NCBI GenBank assembly: GCA_010093705.1 | Contig: MU006098.1 | Location: 634,666 to 698,665, forward strand | DNA: 64,000 nt | Origin: Patellaria atrata CBS 101060 | Lineage: Eukaryota | Direction of reading: 5' to 3' | Shown: positions 24,242 to 35,861 of the stretch, piece by piece | Layout: every line of letters starts with the position of its first letter | Position numbering within the stretch: position 1 is the first letter of the stretch | The notes under the pieces: generated by a model | What the model was told of the DNA's origin: nothing | The model's input: the letters and a program-made list of their open reading frames with translations, nothing else | Databases searched by the model: none | Program-made: the position numbers and the translations under genes

Positions 24242-25031
24242 AAAGCTACAAACGCTTCAAGGGTAAAAGTATGAATTGATGCATGAGAGAGAGAGAGCCA
24301 GTAGTTACCGGCTAATAACCAAGAGCAGAGGATCTTTGTCCTAGACTAGACGGAGGACTACTAGAATAACAGCACGATGGGCTATACAGAACCGAATTAT
24401 AGCCGTGCTGTCCTAATGGTACGTTGTTGCATCTTTCTCCTGATAAGCTGTTAAACCTTTCCTGGGCAGAATCGAGACTGATATCCCCAACAGATCAAAG
24501 TCTACATGGGCATAGCTGTATTTATTATACTATTTCATAACTAAAATCAGGCTTCAGAGCTTTAATTATCCACAGAGAAGTCTTAGAATCTCTAATGAAA
24601 ATTCATGCACTCATCGCTAGTTTCTCCACTAACGGATCCTCGTGTATAAACCTTCCCTCACTATGCCCTGAGAGAATACTGAGTAGAGCCTGTAATTCTA
24701 TACAATCCTCTTGACATGGCCCCTATCACGCTGGTCTCTCCAACATCCAGGCCCTTCAAGTGCGTAGTTTACACCAGTAGTAACCAGTTCCCCCATCACA
24801 TCCACAGTCTCCGTTGCATCCAACCATCTCCAAGAACGACATACATCCCGAGTCTACGCAGCAAGCTATACCTTAAACGACCAGAGTAACCACCCCATCA
24901 AACCATCTTTTCAATGCAAAAACCCCGCGAGGGGCCGTGAGTGCTCTAAATAGGGAAAGTAATAATATCACCGCGCGGAGGTATACCCATTTCTCCAAGT
25001 AAATAAAAAAAGATAAAAGGGTGCGAGAGAG

Positions 25032-25176
25032 AAAAAGAAAACCTCCGAAGAGGGAAAGTTAACCCGGCGAACGAATTTAACTTTATATTCTGGCGGAGGC
25101 GGGACTCGAACTAAGGACTTGACTGTAGGAAATTTGACTGAAAGGAAATAACCACTCGACCATTGCCGCCAGAATT
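25032..25176 (-). ncRNA. Putative Pol III-transcribed structured ncRNA of unknown family, copy 1
   Basis: Minus strand: A box TGGTCGAGTGG (25152-25162), B box GTTCGAGTCC (25102-25111), perfect 10-bp closing stem ATTCTGGCGG/CCGCCAGAAT, hairpin AAAGTTAA..TTCG..TTAACTTT, hairpin CCTC-TTCG-GAGG, then TTTTCTTTTT. Paralog at 58510. Confidence 0.7.
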
Positions 25177-27392
25177 GAAAATCCTCTCCGCTGAGGAAGA
25201 TTATGTAGAGCAGTAAGCCTCTCCCCCTTTGGCTACTTGGTTATGTGGCCAACATGAAAGCTATTTCCCCTATTGTATGATGGGTTTTTACTTAGCATAG
25301 CTCAGTCTGCATGGATCCTCTTTTGGGACCGCATCAGACATTAAGCAAGAATCAATTAATTATTTATATAGAGCAGTGTTGTTGTGACTGTTGAGTCCTC
25401 AGCACTGGGGGCTTTAAGTAAGAGTTGGGTGATGGTTTGGTCCAGTTGCGGGGATTTGGGTAAGGGAGTTTGTATCTGGTTTATGGGAATGCGGTTCTGT
25501 CACTGTAAGGTACTGTAAACGTCCGCCGCTTTAGGGTATTGAGGGCCTTGAACGGATCTGTGGGTCTCGGGTTCAGCTGGGTTTAGGGTTTGTGGGTGAG
25601 AGGGATTATGGGCATTTCAGGGGAAAAGCAGGTCATTTTCAGCACAGTCCGCTTATTCAGTACAGTTCACTCATCCAGTACAGTTCACTCAGTCAGTACG
25701 GTAGCAGTAGAAGAAACTTTCCAATGAATGGGGACGAATATCCAAGAGGAAGGCGATAGTCAACACATTATATGTTGCGCACATATTCTTTCCCTATCCG
25801 CGATGCAACATCCCCTAGGAAGCCAACTCGAGCATATCTGATTCGGGTTGTATGTACACACAGCGGGAGATGGAGATTTGAGTGACGTTATAACGAGGGA
25901 GATGGTCGGGTGAAGTACATAGTCTCCATACAGAACCCTTTGAACAGTAGAAAACTGGCCTTGACCGCGTAAGAAGCTTCAGGGACATGTTTGGAGAGAA
26001 ACAAGATCTGATAAATGATACCATGGAACTAGGGTAGATTTGAAATATGCATACAAGCACACTGAATGCATCCTAGGAGGGGGTGATAATGATGGAAAGT
26101 CCCGCCAGTCGACTTCGAAATGGTAATAAATACAGAACATATAAATGTCTAGTCAGCTCTCTGCCGTAGACTTAACTATGGAGCCACCATCCCGCTACAC
26201 CCCTAGAAGATTGACCTACCTGCCGAGACTCGTTGTAATTGCAACACTTCTTCGCTTAAACCCTCTATTGCGGTCAAGCCAAAAGCAAGCGTAAACTCTT
26301 TTGCTAATCCTAGTGCGGTTGTAGTGTGGTGGATCGCCATGAAGTGTCGTTCCACAACAGTATGTAGAATAGCATTTTCAGAGGGGTGCTATGTAGAGCC
26401 AACTCCCGAGATTGAAAGGACCGACATGGGCCTAATTCCAAATGGCGTTGCATGCGAACCAGCTCCAAAGCAGAATTCGAGGCTTCAGCGCACCTATACT
26501 TCTACACTAACAATAGCGTGATAGTTTCCTATTTTGGAAATTAACCGTGTATAATTGTTCGGGTTCGGTTCTTTTGCCGACATATAAGTGGAATATACTG
26601 CAGGATGCAGCGGGCTTGGTAGATATGCTTGCGTACCTGGATAGAGTATGTCTTTAACTACATGCCTTTTGCCGGATATTCCATATGATTTGCAAGCAGT
26701 TCAGAGAGAGTTTAGGGCAAAGGGATCGATTGCTGATAGTGTGTGGGTCGTTGAAGTATTTATGGTAGCACAACATTTAAAGGAAGGGAAGGCTACGGAC
26801 CGATTGATGATAAGATATAACTTAGCATATGCGAGACGTCGACGACATAGATGAAAGCCTACCATGTAGTCGGATAACCTTTGCGGGAATTCTAAGGTTG
26901 GTGGGAAAATCGCTCTTCCTATATCGTTGTACGAAATATCCATATCTCTGCTCAACATCGACACAGCGCGAATTATCACATTCCTAATTGAAGCCACACC
27001 TACCGCGAAGCTGGCACCAGATCCAGCGAGCGTCCCCAAATCGAGGCCTTCGCCCAGAAATCCGGAATATGCTCTTCGATTGAAATTGAAGTGATCGTAT
27101 AAACCTGCTGATCGTTCATATAGCCGCCATTTGTCATTTGCGGGGGAGACATGTACGAGACATGGGAGTTTAATCAACCAGAAAATAACCTTGCAGAACA
27201 CCAGTACGGATAACCCGGTCACTGTTCTCACCAGCCACGGTTCGAACATCATCTGGGAAATATAAATGTCGAAGGGTTGGAGAATGGAAATATTGAACTC
27301 TTACGCTTCCGCAGATTCGAAGTTCGGTGTTGAGGAGCATCTGCAAGATCCAGACACTGATAGCTGCTCTAGCGGCCTACACTCGAGGAAGG

Positions 27393-29413
27393 ATGCAATA
27401 TCCTCTGTGGTTCGTGGCAGGTTTATCATTGCTTCAACATGCTTATGGGTATAACTTTGCGTGGGAAGGAGTGCAATTGACGGAGAAAGATACAAAGAAC
27501 CATCCGGAGATAGCGTTTCCAAACGGCGTAAAAGTTTCAACTGCAAAATGTAAATCATATCCTGGAGACTCGGACTGGCCGACTGAAGAACAATGGAATG
27601 CTTTCAATAAGACTTTAGGAGGAAACCTTATCAAACCTGTACCACTTGCTTTACCATGCTATGCTGGAGAGAGCTACAATGCAACAACATGCGCTTCGCT
27701 TCAAAGAAATTGGGAGACTTCAACAACCCAGTAAGGAAGTCCAGAATATGTTTTAAGTAGAATATAGCTGATTAAGGTTGACAGCTTTGTTGACCCGGCT
27801 TCAATGATGAATCCATTTACTATAGGAAATGGGTGCCTTCCGACATCAGACAAGAACGCAAAGTGTGTGACAGACGGATACGCTGCATACGTTGTAGACG
27901 CAAGAACCGTGAAGCACATCCAACTAGCTGTCAACTTCGCAAGAAATCAGAATATACGACTTACTATCAAGTAAGTTCCGTGCTCCCATGATCTCAATTC
28001 CACGGCAATTGACATATGTACATAGGAACACAGGACACGATTTCCTTGGCCGTTCTGCAGGTGGTGGTTCTCTCAGTATCTGGACGCACAATGTCAAGGA
28101 CATGGCATATCATGAGTCAGTGACCATTGGAAATTATACTGGAAAGGCAGTAAGTTTAGCGGCGGGTGTTCAAGCGTTCGACGTGTACAGGTTCCAGAAT
28201 CCATACGATATCACGGTCATCGCTCCAGGTGGAATTTCAGTCGGGGCGATGGGTGGCTTCTTTCAATGGGGAGGCCATTCTACACTGACATCGTTCCTGG
28301 GATTGGCGGCCGATCAAATACTTTCTCTGCAAGTTGTTACTGCAGATGGAAGGTTCCTGACCGCGGACCCGACCCAGAATCAGGACCTCTTTTGGGCAAT
28401 TAGAGGAGGAGGTGGAGGTAGGTTCGATCATACCCTTTCAGGGTTAGACTCGAGGTCATCTTTTGCTAACTTTTTTTTTAACCTTTCAAGGCACCTTTGG
28501 TGTGGTTACCTCCGCGATCTGGAAAGCGCATCCAAAATTCCCGATATCCAGCTCTTCGATCGCATTCTCGACTCAAGGTACCGGAACGAGCGCTTTAAGT
28601 GTCGAGACTTTCTGGAAAGGTATCAGGGTGTATATGAATCATGTTGTACGTCTATGTGACAACGGAGGCGAAGGATACAACTTCATAAATCCTCTCAACT
28701 CAGCAAACGGTAAAGGTTACTCTTTCACCCATTCAATGACGCTGCCCAACTTTACTGCGGCGGCCCACCGGCGATGGTTGCAACCGATGATTGATGAATT
28801 GAATGATGTTGGTATCAATATCAGAATGCCAAATCCGTCCTTCAGCGAGTCCTTTTCGGCTGGTCCGAGCCGGTCTACCAATACCGGGAACACTGTGGGG
28901 AACACTCGCATGTCAACGCGACTGTTTCCCCGCGAGAACTTTGAGAGCGAAGAGTTGCTTGCCACGTCGCTCAAGGTAATCCGAGCATGGGTTGAAGAAG
29001 GTGGTTATGTCTTCCACGGCATCAATTACGCTCCGACAGAAGAGGTGTCTGGCTTCCCCGACAACGCTGTGAACCCGGCACTTCGCAGGACTGTGTTGCA
29101 TGCTGAAGGGTTTGACAGAACGCCGACGAACGTTCCTGTTGAGCAGCAAAAAGCACAGTGGGAACGTTTGAATCGTTTTATGCAGCCATGGCGGGATATC
29201 ACGCCCGGAAGTTACGCTAACGAAGCGGATGTGGATGAACCCAATTTCCAGCAATCCTTCTACGGCTCAAATTATCCACGACTTTCGCAGATTAAGAAAG
29301 AGAGGGATCCATGGGATTTATTCTATGCGACGACAGCTGTAGGGAGCGAAAGATGGCAGGTGATTACACCTGGCATGATGAAGACACAAAATGGTCGTCT
29401 TTGTAAGGTCTGA
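27393..29413 (+). CDS. Secreted FAD-linked oxidoreductase (FAD_binding_4 plus BBE domain)
   Basis: Signal peptide MQYPLWFVAGLSLLQHAYG. KNTGHDFLGRSAG flavin-attachment motif spans an intron. Also DLFWAIRGGG, GSYANEAD and FYGSNYPRLSQIKKERDP. Three introns. Confidence 0.92.
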
Positions 29414-30002
29414 TAACCCGAAAATAAGCTCAAGTCAGAATCAGGTGAGGGCTGAGCAACTGGGGTGACTTTAGGTTTCCAGTTACTATTTTAAAGCTTT
29501 CGATCTGGGACGGTTTTGCTTTTGTTTGACTCGTTTGACTTTTTGATATCTTTGAGACCGCACAGACGACGTAGGGCTCTGTGTGCAAAGAAGGGGAAGT
29601 CGGAAATGGCTTTCCACCCGTTAGTTTCTACATGAGCCCCTAGACACTTGCGACTCGGCATTTGTATCAGGTTGAATTACTACCCACGCTACACCGGTCT
29701 TGACAACTTTGCTCCAATTAATTGCGGGAGGCGGGCGGCAGATAGACATGCTCTAGGATAGGTTGCCTCAAGGACCCCCATGGATCCCCGTGGGTCCTTG
29801 GGTTGGACCGTTGAAAGAGAGGGTGGATGCACAGGGTCGTCCTGACTATTTTCTGATATTCCTCAAATTTCTCTAGCCATCATTGTTTATCTCACTTTTC
29901 CAGCATCTATAACTCCCTTGTCCGCTGCTTGTGATACTTACGATGAGCTGTTCTTTACCCTGTACTTGCACAAGAACTCCTCCACTCTCAACCTATATCA
30001 TC

Positions 30003-30602
30003 ATGAGTGACCATGGCGTCCATTCCTGCTCGACCAGCTTTAATTCCTCTACAAACAGCAGTTTGGATTCTCTCCCTATGAACCTAAATGTGTCAAATAA
30101 GGACCGAGTTTTCATCGGCGTCTTTACTCGACCAGGCATTTCACAAGCCTCAACAGAACGGCAACCGTATGGCCATGCATCTTTCCACTGGGCTATCATC
30201 GTCGAACCCAAAAGGGGAGGTGAAGGTCACCTCTTCGACGTGGATGATAGAGGTGCAAACGGCTGGGTCTACAGAAGAAGAGTTGGCTATTCTGCTAATA
30301 GCAGCAAGTACCTGCTCGCAATGATGATGATAGGAAAAGTACCCAGGGAGCAGCGTTCGGAAACATTACACCTAGATAAGGTGTGTAGCAGTATCCCACT
30401 TCCTCGACTATACTCCTATCCGGAAGAGAACTGCGTTCACTGGATGCAACGGGCTATTCTCGAGCTACAAAGGAACGGATATGCCGAACTCTTCGATATT
30501 GACACCTTCATGGATGACGCCGCATCTTTCGCCGCCAGTTGCCTTCGAAATGGACGTGCAAAGGTCAGAAAGAATTACGTGGACAACCGCAAGTTTCCAT
30601 AG
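30003..30602 (+). CDS. Hypothetical protein with permuted papain-like (HW...NC) motifs
   Basis: Intronless ORF, with an alternative ATG at 29943. FHWAIIVEP and ENCVHW resemble the His/Cys dyad arrangement of PPPDE-like fungal DUF proteins. Confidence 0.65.
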   Translation: MSDHGVHSCSTSFNSSTNSSLDSLPMNLNVSNKDRVFIGVFTRPGISQASTERQPYGHASFHWAIIVEPKRGGEGHLFDVDDRGANGWVYRRRVGYSANSSKYLLAMMMIGKVPREQRSETLHLDKVCSSIPLPRLYSYPEENCVHWMQRAILELQRNGYAELFDIDTFMDDAASFAASCLRNGRAKVRKNYVDNRKFP

Positions 30603-31706
30603 GTTCCGAAGATGACAATTCCAACAACAGCGTCATTGGGGCCAAATTTAGAAAGATGAGACATACGGATGACGATCGTGGAGGAAAGCATGCGAGTACT
30701 GCCAAACACCCTCGTGCCACCGGGCCTCGACATGAAAACGACTGTACGACAGCTCTCGTGGTGGTCATCAGATAATTGTGTCACCAATATCATTGGTGCG
30801 GAAAGATGGATCTGGATCTCAGCTTACGGACCTTTACGAACAAAGTCCAATGGTGACCCCTCATCCTAGCGTCGATCGCTTTTTAACCCTGCATTTAAAA
30901 CGGTCTTACGGTGTTACCGTAGTACTGCAGCGCAGGTCTTGATAACCTGATAGACGACAAACTTTCCTTGGAAATATCTGCTCCACAACCATCGGAGCCT
31001 TTTGTTGTTGATCCGCCTCTGGTTCGAAACAGACTTCATGACTCCTCTTCTCCATATACTATATCGGTATTGAATTTACCGACGCTGTGGGGATCTTAGT
31101 CGTGTTAACGCTACACTTTCTAGCTTGCCGTTAGAGAACGCCTTGCCTATTCTTGGGGCCGTCCCGCTTGCACTAGAACTGCAAACATGAATCACGACCT
31201 GTTCGATGCACCTTATGCGCTTTCTGTTTGTTCTTGAGCGTTGAGCTGAGAGAACATTTGGATCATTGAAAATGGATAAAGGAATTTGGAAATTTATTGG
31301 CTGAAGGCTCGACTGAGGTTAGATTTCCCGATGCGGTCTATAGAGGTACTGAGGTACTTATGTCTTATGAGATTTATGAGGATATGTGTCAAACAGAAAT
31401 TGGTCAAAAGCATTTTTCAATAAGAGAGGAAATGGAAAAAAGATAGAAGAAATGGACAGGACTGTCAACTCACGAATACTGGTAGCAAATGCATGAGCGG
31501 TCTACTATGGGAAATGAGGGAATGGGATTTATCGACAGGAAATAGAAGGAACTTATTCAAATTTATTGCAATGATTATGGAAAACATTAAGAAACGTACT
31601 CGTACAAACCAGCCATAGAAATTTATTCATTCCCTTTTAGACAGATCAATAATAACTGGCTGATCCAAAACTGAAGGTTGAAGCACATTGATAGCCCGCG
31701 AGATTT

Positions 31707-32397
31707 TCAAGCATCGAGAGCTTTCTTCTCCTGCATGTTTAATTTGTAGTAGGGTTCCCTTTCTAGAATATCTTAGCAAATATATCTAATCAGCGTAAAG
31801 CAGTTTCGTGTACCAGGAGGCTGGGAGGAGTTCAAATATCATGAAGCGGCTCCCAAAGCTCTTCTAGAATGAGGTCATCGTAGAGCTGTCCAAACCCTTC
31901 TTCTTTCGTATGGGATTTCTCGCCAGACTCTTCTAATTCCACAAAAATGTTCATATGAAGTGGCCGTGGTACCATTTGACTCTCTAGCCATAAGAGATTC
32001 ATAGATCATCTCCCTCAACTCTCTAAATCGTCTTCCTTGTTTCACCAACAATTCTCTCCAGTTTCTTTCTAGTTCCATTTGACGTAATGACTAGACGTGG
32101 TAGGAAGCGGGAATCCAGTGAGTATACTTATCACTAATATGTTGGAACGACTATTCTGCACGGAGTATAAACGTCAATGTATAAGAATGGGTGTATGCTT
32201 TGATAAGGTTTCTATGAGTAAGGATGGAGAAGAGAAGGTATAAATAATGAGATAGACACCTGCTTAGTTATGGTGGTGACTGCCTGTTCGAGAAACAGTC
32301 TGTAAGAAGGGTCCGACAGTACACCTCGGTGTAAAGCTGCATTATATGAAAGTGCACTCGATATATGGCGATAATTTTCAAGCGAAAGAAAAATCAT
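31707..32397 (-). pseudogene. Possible decayed gene with HMG-box-like segments
   Basis: Fragments ELERNWRELLVKQGRRFRELRE, GIRRVWREIPYERRRVWTALR and ILEELW..EREPYYKLNMQEK. A recognisable intron lies at ~31763-31813. Stops and frameshifts separate the fragments. Confidence 0.3.
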
Positions 32398-32956
32398 ATA
32401 TGGGTTAAGGAGAAAGACTTAAAGACTTAATGAGGGACAAGGAGTTTGTCGGGCTTTTTGAGAGATTTGGACTTTGAGTTATGAGATGAGATAGGGATAT
32501 ATGGAAGAGGTTGAAAGGGAGTAGCGGTGCAAAGGGAATTAAAGGAAGAGAAATTGTGGTGTTGTCGGAACCTCTATTTGGTATGACTTCATATTCAGTT
32601 ATATCTATATACCTTAGGTGCTGAATCCGATGTATAATAAGGTAAGCATCATACGGCATATGATTGCTTCCAATGCTGCGATACCGCACAAATATATAAC
32701 GATAAGGCCTGAGATACGAGTAATGGAAGTGACTGAGCATCTAAGATATGTCAGCCGACCTTCTACAATCGAATAAGGCACTTGAATCGTCTGGTTTCAT
32801 TACATTGATTTAAAACACTAGCATCCTAGGTTATCCCATGATAGACGAGATTTTGTTACATAACCATAAACCTCATCGTAAGTGCTCATCATTGCTGAGT
32901 CGACCGGTCCATGTGTCCAAATGTTCCTGTCATTCGCCTAGAAAGACAAAACCGCC

Positions 32957-34889
32957 CTACTTCCCCGTCTTCTGCTTCTTCTTTGGTCTCTCGACAATCT
33001 TCTCTTCCTTCGGAGGCTTCTCCTCATCTGCATCCGCCATCTCCTCATCACTGCCTCCACTACTGACGTGATCGGAATCATACTCCTCGGCAACATCGGA
33101 CTCGGATTCGGTGTGGAAATCCTCATCTACACTTTCGTCATCCTCGTCTGCGCTGCCGCGCGTCATGACAACGTGTTCCTCTTCGCTAGATGCGAGATCA
33201 GCGTCCTCCTTGAGCGCCGCCGCAAGAAGAGCGCTCGACTGAAGTCTATTAGCATGGGTACAAGATAGATGTGCAGGAATATACTTACATCATCAGCCAT
33301 CTCATTCTTAGTCTTGAGACCCTTTGCCTCGAAGAAGTCTTCTAATGGCTTCTGCTCTTCGCGGTTAATGTTGCTAAACTGGTGCTCGCCCTGGCCATTC
33401 TTCAGCGTGACGGTGACATCAAACGTGCGACTTGCGGAGATGGCACCGCCAATACGGGAAAGCGTGACGATCTGGATGTTGTCGAAGGAAATATACGTCG
33501 CCGGTTTGGGAACGAACATGAAACTCTTGTCCAAGCAGAACAAGAGACCTTCGTTAGCTTTGATAGAGCATTTGACCCCGGATTGTTGGTGGTGACTTAG
33601 GAAGTCCTTAGATGGAGTGACAATCTTCTTGCCGGCAAGGCCACGGAATATTTGAGCTACAACGGTAGAGATCGGGCTTTCGTAGTGGGATTGTAGCTTG
33701 CCTCCATATTTTTCTAGCACCTCATCCTTCATGTTCAGATCAAGAGTAACTTCTTCATCTCGCTTGAACTGCATAACAAGGAATGGATACCTAGTCTGAC
33801 CCTGTCGTAAGGGAGGATCGAGGCCAATCGTGATGAGGATGTGGATCTCGTCCGGTTTCGGGAGTAACATAAACTTTTTGATCGACTCGTACTGGATCTT
33901 ATAGTCGTACGTTTTTCCACGTAACCGGAAAGACTTTTCGTACATATCGATGTCGAAACGTCCTCTAAGAAAGCATTAGTCGCAATTTATAGGGAAAGTG
34001 AGGGCCTACAAGCCTTGGTGTGAGATGCAACACATCCAAAAAGGTAGCATATGTGTCGCCTGCGACCTCACCGATCTCCGCCTTTTCAATAAGGGTATCA
34101 TAAAACACCTGTGCGTTTGAGGCATACAGCCCATCGGCATTTTCCGCATCTGACCCAGCATCACCGTTCTCTCCGTTCTCCTCTTTAATGGCTGTAGAGC
34201 CTGGTATGTAGAACCGCATCTCAACCAGCTGATCTCTCGCCGCTCCCGTTTTTCTTCCCTTCGCTCGAGCACCACCCAAATGCCCATTTGTACCCGTCTC
34301 ATCGCCGTTTGCAGGGTTGGAAAAATCTACCGCCACCTCGTTCTTTCCCGCCAAATTTGTATTCGATACCTCCGAGTACGGGATCGAAAACGCTGGGCGA
34401 CTCTGGACGTTAAAATGCAGCTCGGCTTTACCGAAATCTGCCTTGCCCCAGTTCCAGCCTCGCAGCGCGTGCTCTTTGTGTTCTAAATTGATCCGGTACC
34501 AGTTTTTAAAGAGTTTGCTGATGCGCTCGAAATCCTACTACTCGTTAACGTCGAAATAAGGGTGTGGAATGTGAATGTCTAACGTACCTCTTGCTGAAAA
34601 CCATCGAGTTGAACTACCGCGTTGTTCCTTGAGTAGACCTTTATTTCGTAGCCTCTCGATGCCCTACTCCACTGGGCTTGTGTGAATTCGGCGGCATCCA
34701 GAGTGAACGGGTCCCCATTTCCTAGTTTCCAGCCAAGGCCTGTCTCGACGAATCTGCATTTTCCAGGTTGCTTTGAGAGATCGAGATATATCTCATCGAA
34801 CGTCTCCCTAACGAATGATTAGAACAAAGTTGGGCGTCGGGGCTAATGCCGCCACTCTTTCTCTTGGATGGTGAAGTTTGAGCATACAT
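32957..34889 (-). CDS. POB3: FACT complex subunit Pob3 (SSRP1)
   Basis: Motifs METFDEIYLDLSKQPGKCRF, LRGWNWGK, TPRGRFDIDMY, FRLRGKTYDYKI and LDPPLRQGQTRYP, plus an acidic tail and NLS. Introns at 34808-34887, 34535-34587, 33965-34013 (GC-AG) and 33239-33288. Confidence 0.96.
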
Positions 34890-35073
34890 GATTGATAGTG
34901 AAGAAGTTCCCCTTTAAGTGACAAAATGCGATTTGTTCTAAGTTATTGTCGCAAAAGTGTTGAGCTACGAATGTGCTACCTGATAGAACTTTTACGTGCG
35001 AGGGGTGTGGAGTATGGTAAGGGAAGAGAAATTTGAGCGGTAAAAGCGAATGTACTCCAGTTCTGAAAGTCAA

Positions 35074-35091
35074 ACGCGACATCACGCGAAA
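35074..35091. promoter_or_regulatory. Paired MCB/SCB-like elements (ACGCGA, ACGCGAAA) upstream of POB3
   Basis: Two ACGCGA cores 10 bp apart, about 190 bp upstream of the POB3 start. Consistent with MBF-type G1/S control of a chromatin/replication gene. Confidence 0.45.
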
Positions 35092-35861
35092 TAACTTCTT
35101 AGATAGCTGTTTAGTGTAATCCCGAAGATTTACCGGCAATTCATACGAATGTGAAGGGAGCTACACCAAAATTCATTAGGTTATAAGGTACTCCGTATTT
35201 GTAGTTCTTCAGGTCTTTGCCTATGAATATACTATATAAAGTAATTAAATGACCTAGCTCCATAACTGCATAGCCATTAGGACATATCCAATGCTCTCCT
35301 TACTACTCATCTCCCAATTATAATCCGAGGCACAACCCCCTCAGTACGACGGCTTTTTGGGCAGTCAATGGTGTCAAGACTTCTCGGAGCTTATCTCACT
35401 CAAATCTTCGGATACTGTTGCAGTTTTCGGTTTCCGGTTTCCTTACCCTTGGAGAGAAGTGGATCACCAGCTCCTCGAAGTCTAGTTTTAATGCTTTGAA
35501 TATTTCATTAAACTTTCCTTAGTAGTGATAGATCAATCGCCACACTGCTTCTTACGAAACTCGAATTTTGGGATCACCAACAACGCACACCCCGTATACG
35601 TCATTAGTAGTTTCTGGACCTTTTTTTTGAAGTTTTAAGGAGCCGCAGCTCAATAAAAGGTTCTGAGCCCAAACAGTGGAGGTTAATCCATAACGTCGCC
35701 TGTTTTCTCATACTGCATGTACCATAGATGATGGAAGCCATATCGCTTACTCCGGTGTGACCTGAACAAGTCGGATCCACAATGGAGTCCTAGAAAGATC
35801 CAACTATCCTGGGTGTCGTGATAATCCCGAGAATAACGCTTGGGTCCTCTTCTTTGGGACA

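Noticed and set aside
25087..25175. Canonical tRNA or selenocysteine tRNA (long closing stem, possible 6-bp D-like stem, TTCA in the loop)
   Set aside because: Neither the anticodon stem nor the T-stem can pair in either copy, and the spacing differs between the two copies.
25087..25175. HDV-like ribozyme (GAG-TCCCGC-CTC resembles P3/L3)
   Set aside because: There is no G at the P1 start, no GG for P1.1 and no J4/2 CRA/P2 arrangement. The P3-like pairing is not kept in copy 2.
26701..27252. 183-aa minus-strand ORF
   Set aside because: It occupies the promoter region of the FAD oxidase, has no domain signature, and its composition is not convincingly coding.
29769..29800. Hairpin CAAGGACCC...GGGTCCTTG
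   Set aside because: A single short inverted repeat with no second copy or TSD. Insufficient for a MITE or RNA call.
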